A stretch of 64,000 nt of DNA from Candidatus Omnitrophota bacterium (GCA_018825985.1 JAHKAP010000052.1:6373-70372), one strand, 5' to 3'; shown: positions 50,463-60,138, numbered from the stretch's first letter. A program made the numbers and translations. Notes: generated by a model from the letters alone, not told the origin.

Positions 50463-51620
50463 ATGCCGGCTAGTGAGGCACTCGATAGCCTAAATGATAA
50501 GTCCAGGGTTTATTCATTGATCAAATATTCCTTGGCTATCGCGGAATTAATCTTCCTTCTTTTAATCTTAATCATATTTCAGTCTTCCGGTTCATCCAGG
50601 ATATTAGCCAATTTGTTAGTTGGGTTGATACCGCAACATTTTCTGGCTTACCCGGCATACTTTTTTATAATTTACCTAGTATATTATCTATTTAATCTTC
50701 CTATAAATTTCTGCCAATCATTTTTTATCGAGCGTCAATTCGGCTTGTCTAACCAGAAAATCTCTGATTGGATAAAAGACCAGCTAAAGTCCTGGGTAAT
50801 ATCCTGCCTCATTATAATTATTTCCCTGGAGGCTTTTTACTATAGCTTAAAATTAAGCCCTTCTTACTGGTGGCTGATAGTTTCTGCGTTTTGGATATTT
50901 TTTAATCTGGTTTTAGCTAAGATTGCCCCTGTAGTTATAATCCCCTTATTTTTTAAATATAAAAATATCTCAGACGATAGATTAAAACAAAAGATCTTAG
51001 GGCTTGCCTCCAGAATGAAAGTAAAAGTCCTGGATGTGTTTGAGATCGATTTTAGCCGGAAGAGCCTAAAAGGCAATGCCGCCTTTGTGGGAATGGACGG
51101 CACAAAACGGATCCTGCTTGCTGATACCTTAAAAGAAAAATACAATTATGATGAAATTGAAGTTATCCTGGCCCATGAATTTGCCCACTTTCGCCTTAAA
51201 CATTTATTAAAATTGGTCATTATAAATTCTCTGCTTACAATAGTTTTTTTCTGGTTGTTTTTTAAAACTAACTTTTATGCCTTAAATTTATTTGGGTTGG
51301 ATTCACTCTCTGAAGTCGCGGCCATGCCGTTTATATTTATTTATTTTATTATCTTTAGCATAGTTATGGATCCAGTAAGTAATTTCATCAGCCGTAGGTT
51401 TGAAACCAACGCCGACAGGATGAGCATACAGGCGACCGGTTTAAAAGAATCTTTCATTTCGGCGATGGAGAAACTCAGTATTCAGAACCTGGCAGACCGT
51501 AATCCCCATCCGATAATTAAGTTTATTTTTTTTAGCCATCCACCGATTGGGGAGCGCATAAAAATGGCTGAGGCATTAATTCTTAAGATTAGTGTTGACC
51601 GTTCCAACCCTAAGCAGTAG
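50463..51620 (+). CDS. M48-family (HtpX/Ste24-like) membrane zinc metallopeptidase
   Basis: HEFAH zinc motif in a multi-TM context. Confidence 0.7.
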   Translation: MPASEALDSLNDKSRVYSLIKYSLAIAELIFLLLILIIFQSSGSSRILANLLVGLIPQHFLAYPAYFFIIYLVYYLFNLPINFCQSFFIERQFGLSNQKISDWIKDQLKSWVISCLIIIISLEAFYYSLKLSPSYWWLIVSAFWIFFNLVLAKIAPVVIIPLFFKYKNISDDRLKQKILGLASRMKVKVLDVFEIDFSRKSLKGNAAFVGMDGTKRILLADTLKEKYNYDEIEVILAHEFAHFRLKHLLKLVIINSLLTIVFFWLFFKTNFYALNLFGLDSLSEVAAMPFIFIYFIIFSIVMDPVSNFISRRFETNADRMSIQATGLKESFISAMEKLSIQNLADRNPHPIIKFIFFSHPPIGERIKMAEALILKISVDRSNPKQ

Positions 51621-51647
51621 AATAAGATAAGTTTTAGGGGGGATACA

Positions 51648-52028
51648 ATGATTTTAAAAAGAGCAATATCAAAGGCAGCCCCTTTTATCCAGGGCCTGCC
51701 TATTTTTTTTATTGTTTTTGCATTGGTATCAACTGCTGGCAGCCAGGAGGTTAATAAAAACGAAACTCCTCCTAAGGGGATGGAGATCAGGGATCTTGGT
51801 TCTGCCAGGGTGATAGTCCCTAAAGATATGAAGCTGACCGAAGGCAAGGGTATAATAATCCAAGAAGACCTGAGTGAATATGTAGCCCGGGCAATCGCCA
51901 ATATGCAGGAGGATATCGCTAAAGTCAAATCTACCCAGGATGAATTAGAAAAAGAAATCGCCGAAATAAAAAAGGATTTAGAGGCCAGCAAAGAAGAAAA
52001 TAAGAATAGCAAATCTAAAGGAGAATAA
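51648..52028 (+). CDS. Secreted coiled-coil protein, unknown function
   Basis: Signal peptide, Lys/Glu-rich coiled-coil C-terminus, GGGGGG RBS. The overlapping - strand ORF 51482..52075 is judged spurious. Confidence 0.4.
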   Translation: MILKRAISKAAPFIQGLPIFFIVFALVSTAGSQEVNKNETPPKGMEIRDLGSARVIVPKDMKLTEGKGIIIQEDLSEYVARAIANMQEDIAKVKSTQDELEKEIAEIKKDLEASKEENKNSKSKGE

Positions 52029-52038
52029 GGAGGCAGGT

Positions 52039-53904
52039 ATGTTAAAAAGAATAGCTGTTTTGGCGATATTAGCAACTTTCGGATTATTTTTTATGACCAA
52101 TGTTTCAGCCCAGGAAAAGATTAAAGTAGGCATTGTCCTTGCAAGTGACCAGCCGCATTATGTGGAAGGTATGAAAGGAGTCCTTTCGCAATTAAAAAAA
52201 GAAGGTTTTGATGAATCTAATGTAGATTTCGATATCCGCTATGGTGACGGTAAAGCGGAAAAAATCGTAGAGATAGTCAGCGATTTTAAGAAAAGAGGGG
52301 TTAATTTAATAATTCCTATAGGAACTGTGGCGGCTATTAATACATATAATGAGGCTAAGAATATCCCTATTGTTTTTTCTCTTGTTTTTGACCCCATTGG
52401 TTCAGGGATAGCTAAGGCTTGGGAGACCCCGGGCAGCAATGCCACTGGCAGTAGCAGTTGGGTTAGCATGATTTCCATAGTAAAGCTGTTAAAAAAGATT
52501 AGTCCGGGAAACCGAATAGGGGTTATTTATACCGAAAGAGAAAAGCAGACAGTCTTACAGCTAGAAGAATTTAAAAAGATTCAGAATAAAATGGAAATCT
52601 CAGTGGTACCGGTTGAATTATCTAAGCCTGAAGATGCCCAGGCTGTGACTAATGCCTTGGCAGGCAAGGTTGATTATATATTCATAACCGGAGGCACAGT
52701 GGTTGGCGAAGGTTTGAATGCAATTATAGAGGTGACTAAAAAATTAAAGATTCCCACCTCTACACATTTACCGGATAGGGCAGAGAGAGGAATATTATTA
52801 GCGATGGGCGCAGATAGGTTTCAACTCGGAGAGTTAGCAGGCAGAAAAGCCGCTCAAGTCCTGAGGGGCGGAAATCCGGCTTTTATACCGATAGAGACCC
52901 TGGAACAATACGATATAACTATTAATATGCAAACGGCAAAAGATATGGGCTTAGAGATTCCGGAGTCAATTTTAAAATCAGCCAAGGAGGTTATTCAGCC
53001 GGTATCAACCCCGAGAAAGATTAAAGTAGGCATAATATTACAGAGTAACCAGCCTCAACATCAGGCCTGCCTGAAAGGTATTTTGGAAGAATTAAAAAAA
53101 GAAGGTTTTGATGAAACAAGTGTGGATTTTGATATCCGTTATGGCTCGGTTGATAATAATGATATAATTATTGCGGCAATTAAAGATTTTAAAGAGAAAA
53201 AGGTGGATTTAATAATAACTACAGGCACTCCGACAACTATTGCCGCCTCCGAAGAGATTAAAGATATCCCGGTTGTTTTTACTCAGATGTTTGATCCCTT
53301 GGGCGCTAAGATAATCGACAGATGGGAAAGCTCAGGGAATAATTTTACCGGCAGCTCTAACTGGCTTGATTTGACTGCTTTAATAAAAACAATCCGGAAG
53401 ATTGTCCCGGGAAAGCGCATTGGGGTTTTATATAGCGAGAAAGAAATGAATAGCCTTTCTCAATTAACCCAATTTAAACTATTACAGGATAAATTGGGTT
53501 TTAAGTTAATCCCGGCTAATCTATTAAAATCCGAGGATGCCAAGGCTTTAGCCGAGCCTCTGATAGGCCAAGTAGATTCGGTATATATATCCGGAAGTAA
53601 TTTAGTAGGTGAGAATATAATGGTTATATTAGAGGTTCTTAATAAAGCCAAGATTCCTACTGTAGCCCATTTGCAAGGTAAGGCAGAACAAGGAGTTTTA
53701 TTAGTCCTGGCAGTAGATTCTGTTCAATTGGGGGCTTTGGCCGGTAGAAAAGCAGCCCAGGTCCTGCAAGGGATAAAGCCGTCTTTGATTCCCGTGGAGA
53801 CGTTGGAACAGTGGGATATAATAGTCAATTTAAAGACCGCTAAAAAAATCGGCTTAGAGATCCCGAGTGCATTTTTAAAAACAGCAAAGAAGATTATCGA
53901 ATAA
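52039..53904 (+). CDS. Periplasmic protein with two tandem ABC_sub_bind-type substrate-binding domains
   Basis: Internal duplication: KIKVGIVLASDQPHYVEGMKGVLSQLKKEGFDESNVDFDIRYG versus KIKVGIILQSNQPQHQACLKGILEELKKEGFDETSVDFDIRYG. Confidence 0.6.
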   Translation: MLKRIAVLAILATFGLFFMTNVSAQEKIKVGIVLASDQPHYVEGMKGVLSQLKKEGFDESNVDFDIRYGDGKAEKIVEIVSDFKKRGVNLIIPIGTVAAINTYNEAKNIPIVFSLVFDPIGSGIAKAWETPGSNATGSSSWVSMISIVKLLKKISPGNRIGVIYTEREKQTVLQLEEFKKIQNKMEISVVPVELSKPEDAQAVTNALAGKVDYIFITGGTVVGEGLNAIIEVTKKLKIPTSTHLPDRAERGILLAMGADRFQLGELAGRKAAQVLRGGNPAFIPIETLEQYDITINMQTAKDMGLEIPESILKSAKEVIQPVSTPRKIKVGIILQSNQPQHQACLKGILEELKKEGFDETSVDFDIRYGSVDNNDIIIAAIKDFKEKKVDLIITTGTPTTIAASEEIKDIPVVFTQMFDPLGAKIIDRWESSGNNFTGSSNWLDLTALIKTIRKIVPGKRIGVLYSEKEMNSLSQLTQFKLLQDKLGFKLIPANLLKSEDAKALAEPLIGQVDSVYISGSNLVGENIMVILEVLNKAKIPTVAHLQGKAEQGVLLVLAVDSVQLGALAGRKAAQVLQGIKPSLIPVETLEQWDIIVNLKTAKKIGLEIPSAFLKTAKKIIE

Positions 53905-53924
53905 TTAAGGAGTAAATTAAAAAT

Positions 53925-55382
53925 ATGCAGCTGACCAAATTAAGCGCAAAAATATTAATTACAATTACTGGTTTAGTCCTGCTGCTTAGTGTAACATTAA
54001 TAAGTACTATTCAATTTACTCTTTCCAAAGAACTTCTGAGCGAACTTCAAAAAAGAGGCATCAGGGTAGCTAAAGATATTTCCAGGCAAGGAGCTAATTA
54101 TATACTGACTAACGATATATTGAATCTGCGGATATTGGTTAACGGGTATAAAAGGACAGATCCCGAGATAGCGTTTATATATGTTATAAATAAACAAGGC
54201 GACGTATTAGTCCATACCTTTAAAGAGGGTTTTCCCTTTGAACTAACAGGGCAAAAACACCTGGAATTCAAAACCTCCGATTTTTTGATTACGCCTGTGT
54301 TTATTGATAAAATTAAGTTTTTTAATATATCAGCTCCTATATTAAAGGAAAGTATTGGATGCGTCCATGTGGGTATTTCCGAGGCCTCTTTAAAGGCAGT
54401 TGTGAATAAAACTATTAAATTAATAACAATAATTGTTCTAGCGATTTTATTTATTATGGCTATTGTCGGAGTTATACTTTCATGGATAATTACCAGGCCA
54501 ATTTTGCAGCTGGTAAAAGTAGCCCAGGCTGTGGGTATGGGGGATTTAAATGCTAAAGTTGATATAAAATCCCAGGATGAATTAGGACAATTGGGAATGG
54601 CTTTTAATCAAATGACTAATGACTTGCAGAAAACCCAGGGCCAGCTTGTCCAGGCCGCCAAGATGGCTTCTATCGGCCAGTTGGCTGCCGGCTTAGCCCA
54701 CGAGATAAATAATCCTTTGACCGGAGTGGTTAATAATGTTCAATTAATTAAAATGATGGCCGCGCAGAAACCGGATTCTACCATATCTATGGTTGAGCTT
54801 AATGATATCTTGAACGCGATTGAGCAAGCGGGCTTACGCTGTAAAAAGATAACCCAGTCTTTATTGGATTTTTCTCACGCCTCCAAAGCTGTTTTTAAGC
54901 CTGTGTCTATAAATGAGCTAGTTGAAAATACCGTTGGCCTTATTAACCAGGAATTGAAATTGCAGAATATTGTTATCCGGGTCGAACCTGAGTTCGGGCT
55001 TCCTCTTATCTACGGTAATTCTCAGCTTCTCCAGCAGGTATTAATGAATCTGATTACTAACGCCCAATGGGCTATAAAGAAGAAATCCGGAGCTGCCAGG
55101 GGTTTAATTATCATAAAAACATTTAGCAGCCGCCAGGATAATCAGGTTTATATCGAAGTTATTGATACAGGCGTAGGAATGCCTGCGGATGTGCTGGCCA
55201 AGATATTTGAGCCTTTTTTTACCACTAAAGATGTCGGCGAAGGCACAGGTTTAGGTTTAAGCGTGCTTTTTGGCATCATTAAGGATCATCGAGGTTTAAT
55301 AAAAGCAGAAAGCCAGCCAGGCCTTGGCTCAACCTTTACGATATCCTTACCTGTTCTTCAGGAAGGTAAACAGGGAGGTTAA
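53925..55382 (+). CDS. Sensor histidine kinase (TM-periplasmic domain-TM-HAMP-HisKA-HATPase)
   Basis: HAMP region, H-box LAAGLAHEINNPLT, N/G1/G2 boxes (DTGVGM, GTGLGL). Confidence 0.8.
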   Translation: MQLTKLSAKILITITGLVLLLSVTLISTIQFTLSKELLSELQKRGIRVAKDISRQGANYILTNDILNLRILVNGYKRTDPEIAFIYVINKQGDVLVHTFKEGFPFELTGQKHLEFKTSDFLITPVFIDKIKFFNISAPILKESIGCVHVGISEASLKAVVNKTIKLITIIVLAILFIMAIVGVILSWIITRPILQLVKVAQAVGMGDLNAKVDIKSQDELGQLGMAFNQMTNDLQKTQGQLVQAAKMASIGQLAAGLAHEINNPLTGVVNNVQLIKMMAAQKPDSTISMVELNDILNAIEQAGLRCKKITQSLLDFSHASKAVFKPVSINELVENTVGLINQELKLQNIVIRVEPEFGLPLIYGNSQLLQQVLMNLITNAQWAIKKKSGAARGLIIIKTFSSRQDNQVYIEVIDTGVGMPADVLAKIFEPFFTTKDVGEGTGLGLSVLFGIIKDHRGLIKAESQPGLGSTFTISLPVLQEGKQGG

Positions 55383-55383
55383 T

Positions 55384-55761
55384 ATGGCGGATATTACTTC
55401 CAAGAAGATTTTGGTGATTGATGACGAAGAAGATGTCCAGATTTATCTGGGCAATATTTTAAAACGGCACAATTATAACGTTATTGTGGCCGCTAACGGC
55501 AGTAATGGCCTGGATTTAGCTAAAAAAGAATTGCCGGATCTGATTGTCCTGGATATTATGCTTCCGGATATTGAAGGCGGTGACGTAGCCAGTAAGCTCT
55601 CAGAGGACCCGGCTACCAGGAATATTCCGGTTATATTCTTAACTGCTTTGATCCGCAAACAAGAAGAAGAAAAGATGATGAAGACCGGGAACCGCTATAT
55701 CCTGGCTAAGCCGGCGATGAAAGAAGAGATCCTGGGCTTGATCGCTAAGATCCTGGGGTAA
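55384..55761 (+). CDS. Single-domain response regulator (receiver only)
   Basis: ILVIDDEEDV ... DLIVLDIMLPD ... receiver motifs. GGGAGG RBS before ATG 55384. Confidence 0.75.
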   Translation: MADITSKKILVIDDEEDVQIYLGNILKRHNYNVIVAANGSNGLDLAKKELPDLIVLDIMLPDIEGGDVASKLSEDPATRNIPVIFLTALIRKQEEEKMMKTGNRYILAKPAMKEEILGLIAKILG

Positions 55762-55772
55762 TCAAATTTAAT

Positions 55773-56144
55773 ATGCCTAAGAAGACAATCTTAGTAGTTG
55801 ATAACAAGCCGGATATTTTAGAATTCTTACAGAAAAGACTGGAGTCTCAGGATTATCAAGTAATTACCGCTTCCGATGGCGTTGAAGGCCTTAAAAAGGC
55901 TATCAGCCAAGAAATAGACTTAGTCTTGTTAGATATTGCCATGCCTAAGAAAGACGGTTTTGCTATGCTTAAAGAACTAAAGTCCCAGGAGGCGACTAAG
56001 GATATACAGGTAATTATCGTTTCGGCTAAAAGAGAGACTAAATCTATATTGGAAGGACAAAATTTAGGCAGTTTTGATTATTTCCTTAAGCCTTTTAATT
56101 TCGAAGAATTAATTAAGCATATCAAAAGGTGTGTCTGGAGTTAA
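55773..56144 (+). CDS. Single-domain response regulator (receiver only)
   Basis: ILVVDNKPD ... DLVLLDIAMPKKDG ... FLKPF receiver motifs. Confidence 0.75.
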   Translation: MPKKTILVVDNKPDILEFLQKRLESQDYQVITASDGVEGLKKAISQEIDLVLLDIAMPKKDGFAMLKELKSQEATKDIQVIIVSAKRETKSILEGQNLGSFDYFLKPFNFEELIKHIKRCVWS

Positions 56145-56150
56145 AAAAAA

Positions 56151-56205
56151 CGGGGTCAGAATTATTTTTTAAGACAAATACGGTGAAAAAATAATTCTGA
56201 CCCCG
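56151..56205. terminator. Bidirectional terminator formed by a GGGGTCAGAATTATTTTTT palindromic repeat (copy 1 of 2)
   Basis: 20-bp arms. A-run upstream and T-run downstream. Lies between convergent genes. Confidence 0.7.
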
Positions 56206-56208
56206 TTT

Positions 56209-57345
56209 TTATTTAAGATAATCTAAGATAATTTTGGCGGCACGGATTGCTGCGCCAGGCGAGCCTAACTGATACTTAACTTCAGCCAGCCCTTTAGTCA
56301 TTTCATCTATTTCGGAAGGGTTGTTCAATAAGGCGATTGCTTCCTTAGCGATCTTCTCCGGTTTTGCTTGATACTGGATAAATTCAGGGATTATTGACCT
56401 GTCTGCCACAAGGTTTACCATTCCGATAAAAGGAACTTTTACCAAAGGACGGTATAAAAAATAATTCAGCCAGCTCATTTTATAGATTATAAAAAAAGGC
56501 TTCTTCATGATCGTGGTTTCTAAAGTAGCGGTCCCGGAACAGACTAAAGCGAAATCCGCGGCCTCCAGGCAATCATATGTCCTGGCCTCGACTATCCTTA
56601 AATCAAAACCCGGATTTTCTGTCAATCGTTCATATATAGAAATATCGACTTGAGCTGATTTAGCGATAATAAACTGGGTATTTTTAATCCTTTGATTTAT
56701 TAACCCGGCGGACTCAAGCATTATCGGCAGGATATTCTCGATCTCCTGTTTGCGGGAACCAGGCAAAAGAGCGATAGTGATATTTGTTTGGGATAATTTT
56801 ATATTCTCAAGTATCATTGTTCTTTGTTTCTGCGGTTTGACAATATCCAACAGGGGATGTCCGGTAAAATCAACCCTTAGGCCCTGGCGCAGGTAAAAAT
56901 CCTCCTCGAATTTAAAAAGAACGACCATCCGATGAATATATTTTTTTATAGTTTTTATCCTGCCCGGCCGGCTGGCCCAGACCTGAGGGGAGACATAATA
57001 TATGACCGGGATCTTTTTATTGATTGCTTTAGCCAGCCTGAGGTTGAATCCGGAGAAATCCACCAGGATTATCCCTGAAGGCTTTACTTCATCAATTTTC
57101 TTAAGGATTAATTCTTTTAAGGCTAGGAATTTGGGGAGTTTTTTCAGGGCGTCAAAAAAACCGAATACGGCTAATTCTTTAATATCGCAATAAATCTCAG
57201 CGGCAGTTTCACTTAATGAATTTCCTCCCACCCCGGAGATTCTAATTTGTGGGTCAATTTTCTTGATAGCCCTGGCCAGCTCTCCGGCAAGCAGATCGCC
57301 TGAGGGTTCTCCGCAGATTATCAGGATCTCTTTTGTTTGCGCCAT
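56209..57345 (-). CDS. lpxB: Lipid-A-disaccharide synthase
   Basis: LpxB N-terminus (ILIICGEPSGDLLAGELARAI) and GT-B fold motifs. Confidence 0.85.
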   Translation of the reverse strand: MAQTKEILIICGEPSGDLLAGELARAIKKIDPQIRISGVGGNSLSETAAEIYCDIKELAVFGFFDALKKLPKFLALKELILKKIDEVKPSGIILVDFSGFNLRLAKAINKKIPVIYYVSPQVWASRPGRIKTIKKYIHRMVVLFKFEEDFYLRQGLRVDFTGHPLLDIVKPQKQRTMILENIKLSQTNITIALLPGSRKQEIENILPIMLESAGLINQRIKNTQFIIAKSAQVDISIYERLTENPGFDLRIVEARTYDCLEAADFALVCSGTATLETTIMKKPFFIIYKMSWLNYFLYRPLVKVPFIGMVNLVADRSIIPEFIQYQAKPEKIAKEAIALLNNPSEIDEMTKGLAEVKYQLGSPGAAIRAAKIILDYLK

Positions 57346-58253
57346 ATCTGTTCTTGGATAATGAGGCTGACTTTAAGAGCCTCCCGCGCCACTGTCCCGG
57401 ATACGAGAGCCTCCCGGTGCTCTTTAACGCAGTCAATAAAAGAGGAGAGTTCTTTTTGCAGGGGTTGTTCTTTTTCAATCGGCAGGTCAAGTTTGGTGAT
57501 ATTCATCCCAGTTTTTGTGAATACAGAGGCTTTTGCTTCCTTGTAATCCAAGGATATATAGGTGTTTTCCTGGAAGATCCGGATCTTGCGCATTACTTCG
57601 TCAGATACCCGGCTGGCAGTAAGATTGGCAACGCAGCCGTTTTTAAAAGTTATCCGGGCATTGGCAATATCCTCAAAGGGGGTGAGCACCCCTATGCCTA
57701 CGGATTCAATTTTTTTAATTTTCGAGGGAACCAGCCCCAATATAATATCGATGTCATGGATCATTATGTCCATTACCGCGCCCACATCCAGGGAACGGTT
57801 AGGGAACGGGCTTAAGCGGTGGCACTCGATAAATTTAGGATTATGGATTATTTCCTGGACTGCCTTAAACGCGGAATTAAACCTTTCGATATGCCCTACC
57901 TGCAGGATGAGTTTATTCTTTCGGGCGAGCCTGATAAGGGAATCAGCCTCTTTAAGATCGGTAGTAAATGGTTTCTCTACCAGGGCGTGTATATTATGTT
58001 TTAAAAAATCAAGGGCAATTTTATAATGTAATTTTGTGGGCACGGCAATGCTGACCGCGTCAACTTTTCCGAAAAGTTGACGGTAATCATTAAACCCGGG
58101 TACGCCCAGCTCTCGGGTCAATTTATCTAATGCTTGAGGATTGGTGTCGCAGATCCCTGCCAGCCGGCAATTCCCGATTTCTTTATAGATTTTTGCGTGC
58201 AGGCTTCCCAGGTATCCTGTGCCGATTACCGCTACTTTGATCACTTCTGTCAT
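57321..58253 (-). CDS. Gfo/Idh/MocA-family NAD(P)-dependent oxidoreductase
   Basis: Rossmann motif VAVIGTGYLGSLHA. Start taken at the ATG (MTEVIKVAV) rather than the upstream TTG used by the track. Overlaps lpxB by 25 nt. Confidence 0.7.
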   Translation of the reverse strand: MTEVIKVAVIGTGYLGSLHAKIYKEIGNCRLAGICDTNPQALDKLTRELGVPGFNDYRQLFGKVDAVSIAVPTKLHYKIALDFLKHNIHALVEKPFTTDLKEADSLIRLARKNKLILQVGHIERFNSAFKAVQEIIHNPKFIECHRLSPFPNRSLDVGAVMDIMIHDIDIILGLVPSKIKKIESVGIGVLTPFEDIANARITFKNGCVANLTASRVSDEVMRKIRIFQENTYISLDYKEAKASVFTKTGMNITKLDLPIEKEQPLQKELSSFIDCVKEHREALVSGTVAREALKVSLIIQEQIWRKQKRS

Positions 58254-58300
58254 AATATGAATGATAACAAATCCGGCTTTGGGTTGCAAGATAAATTATT

Positions 58301-58366
58301 AAATGGGGACAGCGACTATTTTTTCTCCCCCCTATTTGTGGAGAAAAATAGTCGCTGTCCCCATTT
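58301..58366. repeat. Long imperfect palindrome (27-28-bp arms) AAATGGGGACAGCGACTATTTTTTCTCC / GGAGAAAAATAGTCGCTGTCCCCATTT
   Basis: Located between divergent genes. The arm pattern GGGG-N-CAG-N3-4-TATTTTTT is related to the 56151 and 62492 repeats. Confidence 0.6.
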
Positions 58367-58411
58367 AAATTTTGCTTGATATTTAGGCATATCATATTAT
58401 CATATAACTAT

Positions 58412-59008
58412 ATGAATATTCAGAGGGTTAAGAAAAAAAATCCTGCTGGGCTTACCCCCGTACCTTTTATATATTTAAATAGTTTTAGAATAGTAAAGTA
58501 TTTAAAGCGATTGAATGTAAAAAAGGTGCGGGGACTTACCATTATTGAATTAATAATGGTAATTATTATAATCGGTATTTTAGCGGTTTTAGCCCTGCCC
58601 CGTTTTGACAGTTTTTATGAGATTAAACTTAATGGCGCGGTCAAGAAAGTAATTTCAGATATAAGATATGCCCAGCAAATAGCTATCTCCCACCACACGG
58701 ATTACCGGGTAAATTTCTCCGGGAATAGTTATAATGTCCGCCGGGTTTCTGACGGAGCGTACGCTATCAGCCCTTTTACCCGCGGGGATCTGACAATAAA
58801 TTTTAATACCGATCAGCAATATAAAGGAATAACTATCAGCGGCCCGAATTTCGCAGGTACCACGGATTTAAGATTTAATTGGCTGGGGAATCCTCAAGGC
58901 GGCACAGGTGGAAATTTGACTATTGCCGGGCAGGTCACCTTTTCGTATCAAGGGAACTCTTTGACTATTTACGTTGAGCCTGGAACAGGAAGAGTGAGCG
59001 CGCAATGA
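58412..59008 (+). CDS. Type IV pilin-like protein with an unusually long N-terminal leader (alternative TTG start at 58511 would give MNVKKVRG/LTIIE)
   Basis: Prepilin cleavage/methylation motif KKVRG-LTIIELIMV followed by a hydrophobic helix. 32 in-frame residues upstream are conserved with the 59537 paralog. Confidence 0.65.
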   Translation: MNIQRVKKKNPAGLTPVPFIYLNSFRIVKYLKRLNVKKVRGLTIIELIMVIIIIGILAVLALPRFDSFYEIKLNGAVKKVISDIRYAQQIAISHHTDYRVNFSGNSYNVRRVSDGAYAISPFTRGDLTINFNTDQQYKGITISGPNFAGTTDLRFNWLGNPQGGTGGNLTIAGQVTFSYQGNSLTIYVEPGTGRVSAQ

Positions 59009-59532
59009 AACAAAAAGGTCTAACTTTAATTGAAATGGTGGCGATAATCGTAATTTTAGGATTGACGATCCCCGTGCTTCTGACAATGTGGGCGGATGTG
59101 GCCTGGCGTTCAGCCCGCTCCGAGCAATTAGCCGACGCAACTTTTTACGCCCAGCAATTAATGGAGGAAGTTAGGTCTAAGAGGTTCGACGATAAATCCG
59201 GCCAGCCCTGGACCAACAGCGCTAGTTTTGGTGTGGATACCGGAGAAAGCAGTTCAAACAGTGCCGGGTTTGACGATATCGATGATTTTATAGGCTCTAC
59301 CGATACTAATATTACCACTCCAACTCCGGGTTTTACCCGCTCCGTAACTATGGACTATGTAAGGATTCCGGCTAATAATACCTGGACAAGTTGCGGGGCT
59401 ACGGTTTGTAGCACAACTTTCAATTGTACTTTATGCGCTGCCTGCTGCTATAAGCGGATCCAGGTTTCTGTAGCCAGTAATATTCCTAACGCCGGCAACG
59501 CCACCCTGGTAACTATAATGAGCAGTTACTAA
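59005..59532 (+). CDS. Type IV pilin/pseudopilin
   Basis: Short leader MKQKG-LTLIEMVAIIVILG. Overlaps the upstream stop. Confidence 0.7.
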   Translation: MKQKGLTLIEMVAIIVILGLTIPVLLTMWADVAWRSARSEQLADATFYAQQLMEEVRSKRFDDKSGQPWTNSASFGVDTGESSSNSAGFDDIDDFIGSTDTNITTPTPGFTRSVTMDYVRIPANNTWTSCGATVCSTTFNCTLCAACCYKRIQVSVASNIPNAGNATLVTIMSSY

Positions 59533-59536
59533 AAAT

Positions 59537-60130
59537 ATGGACATGAAGAGCAAGAAATCTGATTCCGGACTTACCCCCGCACATTCTAAATATTTAATTT
59601 TTTTTAAATTAGCAAAGCCTTTAAAACGATTGAATACCAAAAAGGCGCGGGGGTTTACCCTGATCGAGGCGATAATGGTTATTGTGATCGTGGGTATTTT
59701 AGCTGGCGGCTCCTCAATGTATATAAAACAGGTTATAAACTTATGGAGTTTTCAGAATTTCCGCGAGGAAGCGGTTTCGCAAGGCCGGATCGCTCTAATC
59801 AGGATTTCCCGAGAGATCCGCCAGATCAAAGATCCATATTCGGTAAATGCAGCTAATCAGACGGTTTTTTCTTTTGTGGATTACAATAATAATACGATCA
59901 GCTATAGCCTCTCAGGCACTGCCCTAAACCGTAATTCCAACCTTCTGATCTCAGGAGTGAATAATCTCGCCTTTTCCTATTACGATGATAATAACCAGCC
60001 GGTTGTTTCGCCAACCCTGGCTCCTTACAGGACAAATATCTATAGGATAAATATAGATTTTCAAGTTCAATCCGGCGGCCAAACCAAGAATTTAAAAACT
60101 CAGGTCTGGCCGAGGAATTTTATTTATTAG
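59537..60130 (+). CDS. Type IV pilin-like protein with long leader (alternative TTG start giving MNTKKARG/FTLIEA)
   Basis: KKARG-FTLIEAIMVIVIVG motif. Upstream in-frame region is a paralog of 58412. Confidence 0.6.
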   Translation: MDMKSKKSDSGLTPAHSKYLIFFKLAKPLKRLNTKKARGFTLIEAIMVIVIVGILAGGSSMYIKQVINLWSFQNFREEAVSQGRIALIRISREIRQIKDPYSVNAANQTVFSFVDYNNNTISYSLSGTALNRNSNLLISGVNNLAFSYYDDNNQPVVSPTLAPYRTNIYRINIDFQVQSGGQTKNLKTQVWPRNFIY

Positions 60131-60138
60131 CAAAAATT

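Noticed and set aside
51482-52075. 197-aa - strand ORF overlapping the 51648..52028 + gene
   Set aside because: Highly repetitive Leu/Ser/Phe translation. The + strand ORF has a signal peptide, a coiled-coil domain and a GGGGGG RBS, and fits the co-directional operon.
57333-58026. Several + strand ORFs (57333..57815, 57337..57546, 57562..58026, 57819..58004) inside the - strand Gfo/Idh/MocA gene
   Set aside because: All are antisense to a gene with a clear Rossmann motif. They have no motifs of their own.
58134-58395. Two overlapping small ORFs on opposite strands (58134..58379 + and 58183..58395 -) with mirror-image peptides (NGDSDYF...)
   Set aside because: Both are translations of the long 58301-58366 palindrome and its flanks. 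This is a symmetry artefact, not coding.
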